Positions 36,480-47,979 of a stretch of 64,000 nt of DNA are shown here, one piece after another (the first letter of the stretch is position 1; each line of letters opens with the position of its first letter). Source of the stretch: Ylistrum balloti (lineage: Eukaryota). Under the pieces are notes generated by a model, which was not told the origin of the DNA, searched no databases, and saw only the letters and a list, made by a program, of their open reading frames with translations. The position numbers and the translations under genes were made by a program. The stretch is from the NCBI RefSeq assembly GCF_031769215.1, contig NW_026781968.1, forward strand, positions 620,001-684,000, in the 5' to 3' direction.

Positions 36480-37250
36480 AGAACTTGAACTAGGGAACTT
36501 ATAATTCCATATTTTTGTTACTGCTCAGTACAAATACAACGAAATAATTAAAAAAGTTGTTTAAAACAAATCCCGTATAGTTTCGACCCTGCTTCTTAGC
36601 AATGGGCGTCATATATACACAAGCTTCATGTCATCTGTCCAAAGCGTAAGTTTTTGACGAGTACTTTAAATGATGAGCTTGCTGGTGAAAAATTACGAAT
36701 ATTTTGATGAATTTATTGATATAAAATCGAGGCCACTTTGAATGTAAAGCTACGGAAATTTTGACGAGTTTCTTTGTAGGGATACTGAGCTTTCGACGAG
36801 ATTGTTCTTCTGAAGGCAACCATTCTGAGCCTGTTAAGTCTTTGTGGTGCTGCTCTATCATCTTGTGTTATAGGTACGTATTATTCCCCTCCATGTTATT
36901 TCCTTAAAATTCTATTTGGTTCTATTTTTCCCATTTCAGTTTGATACACATATTTTATCCCGTGGATTATCACCAGGGCTGGTGGCTATAATTCATACAC
37001 CTAGATCACAATAGCCCCACATTAGAACTTATGGTTTAAACAGATTCGCCAAAGAAGTTCTCTTCTACACATACTGTCCCATACTTCAATCCTATCTAGT
37101 GATCTTCAGCTAATCTTCTTTGTTAGAGTAATGACAAGTTTTACGGTTGTCTCCCTTTCAATACTTTACTATATAGATATATTGTTACCATGTCTCTTAC
37201 AAACGTATATAAAGAAATATTTTGTCAAACCCATTTGCTAGGGGCGCAGT
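36480..37250 (-). mobile_element. eroded CR1/L2-like LINE 3' remnant
   Basis: Minus-strand frames give DLGV near 37010 and EEQSRRKLSIPT near 36800, resembling the EKDLGV and EERLRKLNLPT motifs of CR1/L2 ORF2 C-termini in the right order. There are many stops, and the boundaries are approximate. Confidence 0.4.
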
Positions 37251-37820
37251 TTAACTTTACTTCAATTGTTCTATTACTTGTGAATATCTTGCCGCCGATT
37301 TAAAACAAAATGTCGTTAGAGATTGGATCCCATCAGGATGATTACGTTGAGGGATTAGTAACGAATTTCAGGTTTTGAAACTTTCTATTGCCCATTCTTT
37401 GTGTTCTGAGTGTCTAGTAGCTAGCCGGACCAATTCCTAGTAAAGAGTTTGAGTTATAAATGATAAACAATTTATATTCGTTTGAGAGAATCGAATAAGA
37501 ACATAGATATATTTATCGTTGTTACGTAAACGTTTTACATGTAGACATTCGACAGTGGTGACCTGAACAGGTGTCGGTTTTCGCCTCGATTAGACAGGAC
37601 TTCCCACCTACCCACCCTAATCTATGTAATCAAATGAACGTTGCTTCGTTTTGTTCGTCTTTCAGTAACCATTCAATCCAGATGTGGGATGTTCTGAGTA
37701 CACGGTTGCCTACAGATACCTTTGTGAGGGAAAAATAATTTCAGTGGATCTTGCCCGAGACGAGAATTTTGTAATGTTATGCCAATTTTATTGTATATTT
37801 ACTCATTTGAATTGTGCGAG

Positions 37821-38200
37821 TCCTAGTAGGTAGGCGGACGAACTTGTCTGTGTGCCTAGTAGCTAGGCGGACGAACTCGTCTGCGTGCCTAGTAGCTAGG
37901 CGGACGAACTCGTCTGCGTGCCTAGTAGCTAGGCGAACAAGATCGTCTGTGTGCCAAGTAGCTAAGCGGACAAGCTCGTCCGTGTGCCTAGTAGCTAGGC
38001 GGACGAACTTGACTGTGTGCCAGTAACTAGGCGGACGAACATGTCTTTGTGCCTAGTAGCTAGGCGGACACACATGTCTTTGTGCCTAGTAGCTAGGCGG
38101 ACGCACTCGTCTTTGTGCCTAGTAGCTTGGCGGACGAACTTGTCTGTGTGCCTAGTAGCTAGGCGGACAAACTCGTCTGTGTGCCTAGTAGGTAGGCGGA
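37821..38200. repeat. 33-bp GC-richer tandem array (11 full units plus a partial) with two internal hairpins per unit
   Basis: Consensus GCCTAGTAGCTAGGCGGACGAACTCGTCTGTGT; units start at 37821, 37854, 37887, 37920, 37953, 37986, 38019 (32 bp), 38051, 38084, 38117, 38150, 38183. Confidence 0.97.
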
Positions 38201-39362
38201 GAAAGTCCAAGTAATGTGTATGATTTATAAATGATGGAGAATTTCTGTTCCTTTGAGAGAATCTCGTAACCATCAAATATTATTATGCAAATGAAGTTAA
38301 TGGAAATGTTATAAAGATGAAAACGATTCCATGTACTTTTAATTATCATTTCAGTCCGTATACTGATCTTTCCATCGGTAAATCATTCTTTCATTTAATT
38401 AGGGGAGAGTGTCTGTTAATGTCAAGTAATGCCAGGTAACCGGAAAAGCAAAAACAATAAGTGATACGAATGTTGGTCGAGCCGATTTAATGATCAAATT
38501 GTTGATGCTGCCGATTAATGATAAAATGTGATGCCAATGTTGTCCGCATTAGTTAGTGTTACAAGTGATATCGTATGAAAATAACAGTCATATATACCTA
38601 GTGCATTAGACTAGGCTTTATGAGTTGGTAATCATTTATCTCTAAAACGCCAACTGATTTATGTTATATGGCGAAAGACAAGTTACAGGACTTGTACTGA
38701 CATTCCGTCTTATGTTGTAAAAACAAGTATTAATCGCTATCCCAGTTATCATTAACCCCTCGACGTATGCGAAAAGCGTTGTCCTCTTGATGTGAAAGGT
38801 GTGAAAAGGAGAATGAATTTAGGTTTTAATAAATGAAAATAAAAGAATAAAAGAAGGTTGTATTTTTTCATGTAGGAAGATTTTTTCCCGATTCAGCATA
38901 ACGATTTATTTCAATATGTGTTATACTTGGATGGAAGTTAACAAAGGTATTTGTGACCATACATATTCGCCCTTTCGACATAACATAGAGCTCATATGCT
39001 ACAGTCGAGCTGTATGATTTACTGACATTTCAGGTGTAAAAAGCTGACAAACTATTTTCTGACAACGAGGAAAATAATTTGAAGTTGCGGACGGGAACGC
39101 CTCACAATAATTAATATTTACTGTACAGTATTGATATATCTATTCAAATTAATCAGTCCGATTTCCTATTTTTCTTCTTTCTGTTAAGTATGAGGTAACA
39201 TATTTTAAAATAATAATAATAAACTGGAAAACAATGCGGTATCTGATGTGTAATCTGAATGCCATTAACCTTTCGATTATAAAATTTGGTTTTATTGTTT
39301 CGAGAAGTATAAGCTTGAGCCACACATACACTCCAATGGGCTTGTGTAGGGTAAGGGGGTAG

Positions 39363-39405
39363 TGTGTGTGCGTACATATGCGTGCACGCGCGCGCGTGTG
39401 TGTGT
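39363..39405. repeat. alternating purine-pyrimidine tract (TG/CG)
   Basis: GTGTGTGTGCGTACATATGCGTGCACGCGCGCGCGTGTGTGTGT. Confidence 0.85.
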
Positions 39406-42400
39406 ATTCCATACATTGCACTGTGTCGTTAGAATAATTTTGCATCTGTCAAAATTTTTTTCTCCTTCATCACTCCCTTACAAAAATATAATAAAGAATT
39501 TGACAGTTTCATGTTGTTAAGCCACTGATATGCACTTAATAATCATCAAAAGTGCAATATGTTTCAAGGAATATCGGCTTAATTTCATTTGGAAAATGTC
39601 TACATCTGTATGTCATTCATTACGATTGTTGTTTGCCTATTTTATCCTTTACGTTGTCATCCATTCCTGAAAAAAATGTAACTTTTACTGCCAAGTTAGT
39701 CTTAAAATTAACTCTGACTTTAAAAGAGTAAAACAGATTTACAATAAATATTTCGAATTTTTATTGGAAATCAAAATTTTGAGATTGACGTTTTGAGTAC
39801 TTTCCTTTCGACAAAATTAAACAATTGATGAAAAGAATTATAAAAGTTTCCAGAGTTGGACTTAGTCGTGTAAAAACGTTCTTCCTTGTTTCAGAAAAAG
39901 TGATTTGTCAGGAGAGACAACTACATTTCTTTAGAATAATGAAAGAACTTTCACATAAATGAACGTAAAGTAGACCAATAACTTTCACCTGTCATGAAAA
40001 GTCATCAATTTAAAAAAAAACTCCTAAACTTTCAAAATGGACGAAATGAAAAACTGTATCTTTGTCAAATTTTGACAAATGTTTGTCCTACAAATTCGTG
40101 CCCATGTGAAAATAGAAATATGCGGAAAGTTCATACCACACGCACAATAGGTGAAGATCCTTGTTGTCATTCTACACCCAGCAGTCAGGCTGAACGGATG
40201 GTAAAGGTAAGCTTAATCATGATACAGTTTGACAAGTTATATCAATTACGTTATTATATAGTAATGTTCACGGGGCGATTGTTATTACTACAATATAGAA
40301 AAGGTATAATATGTCCCGTTTCGTTCTATAAATTTGTTCTACTGATTTCTTGTAAGTTGCTTGACGTTAAAACAAAAAGGAGTCAAAGCATTCTGAAAAA
40401 AAAAGAGTTGAAAATGTTACAATAAAACGCTTTGATGAACGTTCTGAGACTTTTTCAGCATTAAATGATTTCTGAGGGCACGATACGACGGCTATTTCAA
40501 TTTCAGTTAGGATAGAATTTAACTTGCTTTGCATATGTACAGAAAGACATACTTGTCATTTATAGTGTAGTTCTATCTTATAATGCCGATTATTATCGAT
40601 TATCCTAAATTAACAAGTAACTTATATTTATGTACTTTCAAATATTGTCAACATATACATAACACCGAGATATGACAGAAATTATATATAAACATAAGAC
40701 TTTCTTTCTGATAGAAGTTATTCATATTTCGGGTTTGAAAATTAAGCTTTAGAAACTCAATGTACATAAGTGTTCTAAAACATATAATTCATACTAATTA
40801 CCTAATATATAATATCTAATAATAATAGAACGTCTAGCTTATTTGTAGATGTTCTATATAAGTTAATAAGTACCAATATATATTTATACACAAATAAGAA
40901 TAGTTTTTAAACCTCATTTTCTAACTGTGATTAACACACAGAAGAATTTGTGATGTGTTGTTGTGTTGTGTTTAAGCAAGACACTCGTCTCGATTTGTAA
41001 ATTTTACTTCATCGATGTTTTCCATGAATAATTTATATATATTTATATTTGTTTACACATACATTTGACAGAAAACATTTTCCAAACGTAAAATACAAAT
41101 AATGGAGAAGGTTATTAAATTTTGTTTATCTTCTTGTCTCGACACTAAATAACGGTGAGTACACAGAAAGAAAATCGAAGTTTTGCTACTTTTTTCTTGA
41201 CAATGCCTACATTTGTTTATTTTATGGTTTAGACATTTACGTCGATAAATTATTTATCAAAAATCTCTTTTCTCGTTCCCCGTATTGTTTTAGAACAAAC
41301 GTCTTGTAAATTCAAACTCGATACGTCTACACTATTTTACACTAAACAGTTTCTAAACTCAAAGATGCACTGTGAACTTAAAAAAAAATAATTAAAGAAA
41401 AGGTAGAATCTAAAGTAAGCTATATAGATGGTATGGAAGCAGCTTTCATCCTTTATTCCAACTGTAGAAATGCATAGAAAATTCTGGTATAATCCACTTA
41501 CATGGGTGATGCATTGACTAAAAGCTACACAATTGCATCTAAAGTGTTAACTTTGATAAGTACTTCTAATAAGTGCATCTAAATGGAGACCATTATCTTT
41601 GAACTTAGGCCAGATAAATGTCAAGCGGATCTTTTATTTATCTATATAAAGAATAAGTAGACACAGATATATTAAATACTTTTGTATGTAAAGTTAGTTT
41701 GAATTTCAGCCTATAAAAACGCCAAATAATAAATTCTATAATATCTGAAATTATATGGAAATATCACAGGAAGATGCCACTGTCTGAGGAACTCGAAAGA
41801 GCATTAAGGTCTCTGCTTTGATTTACAAAGCGACAGAAGGATACCGCCTGGCGCCAATGAAACATTTGAAAAATATTTTTGTTTCAATCATATTTGATTA
41901 CTTTTCTATAGTTTGTTATTTGCCTTAGTTTGATAGAATGTGAGATTAGATTAAGATTCTGCTGGCATGCCGGTATTTTCCTAGTTATTTGTCCCGAACA
42001 CGGAACGCTATATCTTCTCTTTTCTTTTTTATCGCAAAGATTAGTACTTGTCAACTTCTGATTAACGTACGGCTGAAAATATTGATAAGTTGATTTTCAA
42101 ATATGTTGTGACCGGTTTAAGCGTAAAGTTAGTGTTTCAGGGAAATGGTATTACTAAGTGATAGCACTTTAAAATGACCCTTCAGCAGTCCGACAAGATA
42201 TTTCCTGAACATCGTCACACATACTTTAATGATACTGTCATATTCTTTCGCGGTAATATTCACTCATGAAATAAAAGGAAGTATATATGACATCCTATAT
42301 GCCGCATCATTAAATTCTGTTTTATCATCTGAAAATGCCACCATCTTGCAAATCTTGATGTCGCTATTTCCCCTGAATAGGTCGAATATTAACAAGACGT

Positions 42401-42576
42401 TTTGCTTTTGGTCAACTTCAATATACCTATGCAGAATAAAAAAAAATATTACAACTCGATAATGAATGTTGACAGCAATATACATAGATTTTAAATGGCA
42501 AAGAAGTCATCAATGCGATGCTTAAGATTTTTTATCATTTCAGAGATAACCCCTTGTTCGTGCATTGGATGTATCA

Positions 42577-44224
42577 ATGAAGATGTCAAACAGCGGGTTC
42601 CTTTATGTTTCTATCGCTGTGGCTCTGGTGTCAACGTTTTCCACGGGATGTTTCGGAGGTAATGCATTTAGATATTTCTTACTGGCGTTGATCGCTTTAC
42701 CGTTTGTTACTGTATTTGCATCCGCACAGATACAAAATAGTCGTAATTGGACATCAAAATGTCCGTTTCATACAAAGTACTGTCACTGATAAAAAAATTT
42801 TTCCTGCAAATATAATGGATTTGTCGAAACTTTTCTTACCAGGTAGATTTTGACTGTTTACAAATTTGTAAATCTACTGAAGTAAAAATTTCAGAAAACA
42901 TGGATTAAGGCCCAATGATAAAATTTAGACCACAGGGAGTTTTTCAGAAATATGCAAATATATCAAGGATTAACAATCTACAAACTTACTCCAATAACAC
43001 CATGATATATCTAATATATTTTGGGTTTGAATATTTTTTATTTCGCGAAAAACGTACGAGTTATTTATTTCTGAATTCTTTTTTAACTGTCATTTTAGGT
43101 ATTATTAGCAGAAGTGCTTTGTCGGATTCCTTCAACGGGTTCACCCCAAACGGTCTCCATAGCAACATGACCAACGATCCCGTATTGTTATGGATACCGG
43201 GATTCATATTTCCACACAGCAATGGCGATAACGAGATGAATACGATGAAGGAAATGCAGATGGCATTGCTGTCCGAATTTGACATGGAAGGTCTGGGCCC
43301 TTTGATCCTTGGGTGAGTAAAACTGAGTAAATTAAGGAAGCAATGTTAGTTTATAGTAAATAGCATTACGATACCGTAATAAGTGGAGACAATTAAGTTT
43401 AGTTTAATATAAATGTTATTTATGTCTTCAAATCACAGACTTGTTATTTCATATACATATCGACTGGATATCGAAGAAATTTCTTTAATTGCATCGATGA
43501 AATGATTAGTCTATTTGCAAGCAATTTGAACTGTAGCGAAACAATTACACGATACGTTTAATTGTTTTTTAAGTAATAAAAGTAAATATTATTTAGTCAC
43601 ATCTTTATAATCTATGATTACAAAAATTGGTATTTTTTAATTGAGAGTTATGTCTATTTGAATAATGGTAATGGTCTCTGCCTCTTAGATAGATTTATTT
43701 TTTTTACCAGATCACAACTCCATGGAGATGGAGCCACAAAGGAAACTCTTCAACTCAACAGTCCATCTTTCCACGGCAAAACGATTACGTCCACAAATAA
43801 AGCAAACAAGAAAGTCAGTCAACCTAAACAGTCATCACGCGTCGACAAAAAGAAGAAAACAAACAAAAATGGAAGCAAGACTTTAACGAACAAAGGCAAC
43901 ACTGTATCAAGTGAAGCTGCGAAACCAAAACGACGCACCAAAAGTCACCCCACAACGTCTAGAAAGGACAGTAAGAAGAGAACCAGAAGACCACACACTA
44001 ACAAACACAAACAACGGTCAAAAAAGGTTTCTAAACAAGACAAGACAAAAAAGAGAGGTCGATCGAAGCCAAAATCATCGAAGGTTAAGATGCAGAGGAA
44101 AGTTCAACACAGTTCATTATCAGACAAGAAGATTTTCCCATCTGGGGAGATGATGAAAAATCTGCGCTATCAGCCACGTGTATCTGCAGAGGAGATGGAA
44201 GAATTTTTCAGAAGTGTATTTTGA
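42577..44224 (+). CDS. orphan secreted protein A with Lys/Arg/Ser-rich tail, 269 aa
   Basis: Exons 42577-42658, 43099-43312 (214 nt), 43711-44224; phases 1,2. Signal peptide MKMSNSGFLYVSIAVALVSTFSTGCFG; middle exon with NMTNDPVLLWIPGFI..MKEMQMALLSEFDMEGLG; last exon about 35 K plus 14 R in 170 aa (hand count). Paralogous to the gene at 51913. Confidence 0.85.
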
Positions 44225-46820
44225 TGTTTCAAGTCACGAGAAGCTTTAATGCCAACGTACGGTCTGCTTTCGAATTTAACTTCGAGAATAAAATAATTTG
44301 TGTAGACATGCATAAAAGTATCATAGTTATATTTAATCTGTAATTACTACATTGATGCCTCATCCTACAATACATAATAGGATTGCTCACAACACCCATG
44401 TTCTTGTCTTGAATGCATATGAAGACCGAAGTCTAAGCGGTTGAAAGTGTCTGTATATTATTTACCTCATTTTCAGTTATGGTAGGTTAGGTAGACTGGA
44501 TAATGAAGGAATAAGTTGTTTTTCATCACTAATCTAGTTTCCGAAGCAAACATTTTCTGTTTTGCTTTTTGAGAGTTTTGAATATGTAAATCCTTTTACC
44601 AAAGTATGTTTTAGTATTATTATACGGAAACTTTAGTACATCTGATGGGTAAGTTAACATAGCAAAATTTGATGCTTAAGACCCTTTAACGATGATGACT
44701 ATACCGGATACAAAAATACTTCACACGTCTACAATATATCATCCTTTGATGTTACATCTAATTGATTATTACAAAATACCCGGACATCGCTAGGAGTATA
44801 TAGAATGTAATAGAATGTCAATAAATTGTTTGTAAATGATGGAAATAGAGAGAAGAAAAATGGTGTTTTATAAACCGAAATAATACTGTTTAGAGCTTGT
44901 ATGTATCAACATAGCATATAAAGATTGTTCATCATGAAAAAAAAAACAAAAACAAAAACCGACAAGATAATAAAAACACTTTCAAACTGAAATAAATTAA
45001 AAACAGGCAAAAGGAACGATTTATACAGGTATGCACTTGTACAAGGAGAATAATACCATTTTTTATACAAGGGTGCGAGTCTTCTTCTTCAATGACTAAA
45101 AATTCCATGCAAATTCTGGTCAATCCAAGTAAGAAATGCCACTTTGGTCGAAATGTAAGCTATTGGATAAATTCAGGCTCGTAAAAAAAGAAAGAATACG
45201 TCAACCAACAGACGAGTACAGTTTATTGTAACAGAAACTCGATCAATTTTATGTTTTCCTCCTCTGAAATATTTTTCTCTTTTGATTTAGACTTATCAAT
45301 TGAAAGCACAAGAAGCAGAAATAATGGAGAATTTTGATTAACATAGATGCTAAGACGTAATATATTCATTGACATTATGATACAAACAAATCTTGTCTTT
45401 CCTATTTACACATTTATTGATCAGCATAAATGCTAAGGTGTAAGGTGTTCCTTGAAATTATGATTAAAATAATCCTTGTCCTTCCTGTTTACATAATGGT
45501 GGAATCTGAGGGAAGGGGAATAACTCGTCGTGTTTTAATTCAACATGTATCCATTACACATTATATGTGTTATTCGTCTTAAATGTCGGCTGACAAAGTG
45601 AAAGTTTAGGATACTTTTTATAAGGTTAAGTGATGATACCGATGTATGTGAAAATCAATACTTATCAAACTTATCTTCAAAGAATGAGATAAAAATGTTT
45701 TAATTTCCTTCTTTAAATGATATACGCATAATACGACAAGTTACAGGATATATGCTAATGAAAGAAAGGCCCGTATATCCAACCAACACCTACATTCTGT
45801 AATATATTGTTCAGAATTCTTTTTGGACACCAGTTACAAACATATACTAAAAGAAATGTTCCGACTTAAATAACGTATCATGCAAACACGCTGCTTTATC
45901 ATCATATTTCATTTAATTCCACGAGACATTTTAATCACACACGTTACTTAAAACGCCTTGCTGATTTCCCACAACCATGTTGTTATAAAAAGTGTTGTCT
46001 GCTTGAATAGCTGTTTATGGAAAACTAAAAAGGAAATAACAACCATTTCTAAATAAGAGATACTGTATTAGTATTCAGCTTTGCTGTTGACATAAGCAAT
46101 TAGACATATCTCGGATCGTGTTATACAGACAAAAGAATTTCCTGAGCATCCATTGTTAGTGACTTAGTGTCTGGATTAAAATATACGAAACCCTGACAAG
46201 TGAAACCTCAAAGTCTAACAGCAAGAGAGTCAAAATAAACACTTAAAAGACAGAAGTTTAAGAGGTATATTTGTTAAATAATCTTTTACTGTTACGGACA
46301 TGTCGTTAGATTGGGACGTCATACATAAAGGGGAAAACTGACGTGTTACCAACTTGAAATGGATATTCAAAATAATTTAAAATATCACTTTTATGGTAAA
46401 TCTTGGTGGAAAACTGTCTCAACAGGCAACTTTGTAAGTTGAAATCGAGTTAATTGGCTGATACAGAGAAGTAAGATTTAAAATTCTTAATTTCATAAGT
46501 ACTCCACATCATGAAGCGGCATAATTTGTTCGAAAATGTATGCAATACTGGAATTTAAGATTGATAAATATATATACATAAAACTTTTCAGTGGAACATT
46601 TGTTCCTGCGGAGAGGATTGTTTGTCCTGTCTACGACTACACAACGGACATATTTCTGTATCAGCGAAATTGACATATGACACAAATTTAATCAAAATTA
46701 CTTCAATTAAAAAGTCACCTAGCAAAGATGTTATCATCATTCATTAAAAAAAGTCTAATAAGTTATTGTTATGTAATAGTATTTGAGCCCATGGGTTTGT
46801 TTTGCCGACATATGACAATA

Positions 46821-47979
46821 TCATTTTAGGAAATAACTTATGAACTTTTCAAAATATACAACAGAGTATTTTACGACATATGCCTCAGAAGACACGTATC
46901 TCTCTAGAATTATGGTAGAGCGTCCTGTTCCATTTTCACTGTATTCATGAAACAAGAAAAGTGCATCTTGTTTGTATGCACAACAAAATGCATCAGCTAA
47001 AACACAATTGTAGAAATAATCCATGCTAAATATTTATTCCTTTCCAAAACAAATAATCAACAGAATAGAAAAACACAATACTCAGAAAATGAAAACTTTC
47101 GCACCATCAAAGTGTCATAATCACATATTACAGTGCTATACAGCTGTTCCATCAGTTACAGTATTTGTAAAACAAATAAAAATTACAATAATACATTGCT
47201 GCATCAAAGAAATATCAAATATAGATAATTGACATTAGTGTTAATATCCCTGAACAGGAATAGCTTTTCTAATTTTTCTTTTGAAAAATAGTAAATAACA
47301 TTTTTGATGACGTTTATAAAAGGAATTATTGCAGATATCTTTCATATTTTACTTTTCAAACACAATAGAACAAATAGGCTATACCATAAGTCATTCACAT
47401 ACCACTCTAGTCATGTTTTCAATACATTACGACCGTCAATGCTTCCCTTCTCTCTATTTGGTGTTGGTATTACGTGATTAATAACTATACTGTTACTCTC
47501 ATCAACTGAATGTTCTGCTCTCTTTCTCTCTTTCTACAACAATACGTAATGTCACTCTAAAATCACCGTAACTATTCTGAGTGGTTGGATAAATATATAA
47601 TACATACCAAAAAATGGTGTATGACTTTTCGGTCTATTGCTTGCTGGAGAAGTTGAACTTTGACAGCAAGATTGCTTCACTCAGTCGCGCATATTACTTA
47701 TTTTCTTATTTCTAAAATCATTAGTGTTGTATAATAATTTACAGTATGTCATTACAGGAAATTTATTAACGCCCCAGTTGATATCGTAATCATACTGCGG
47801 TAGAAACAAGTCACTGAAACTCGTTATATACGGTATTTCTTTCACTCTCGGTTTTTTTAAAGTAACAAAACACACGACCTTGTCAGCGAGTGCTTTTGTA
47901 ACTTTGAAAAGACAAGTAACTGTAATGAGAGAAAAGTCACGTAAAAGAACTACTCGTTGCGTAATCTTTATAGCCAAAA
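46821..47979 (-). other. two phase-compatible open exon candidates of an unidentified gene or pseudogene
   Basis: 47979-47743 (strong acceptor tttttgtaatttttctaacag, donor T|gtaaat) joins 46996-46821 in frame to a stop. No start exon was found and I recognise no homology. Confidence 0.3.

Noticed and set aside
37821-38200. CRISPR array (palindromic repeat plus variable part)
   Set aside because: The variable halves are point variants of one consensus rather than unique spacers, there are no cas genes, and the context is eukaryotic with spliced genes.
37814-38276. ORFs 37814-38026, 37995-38276 and 38017-38214 as repeat proteins
   Set aside because: The open frames follow from a 33-bp period without stops; there is no signal peptide or splice support, and one 32-bp unit shifts the frame.
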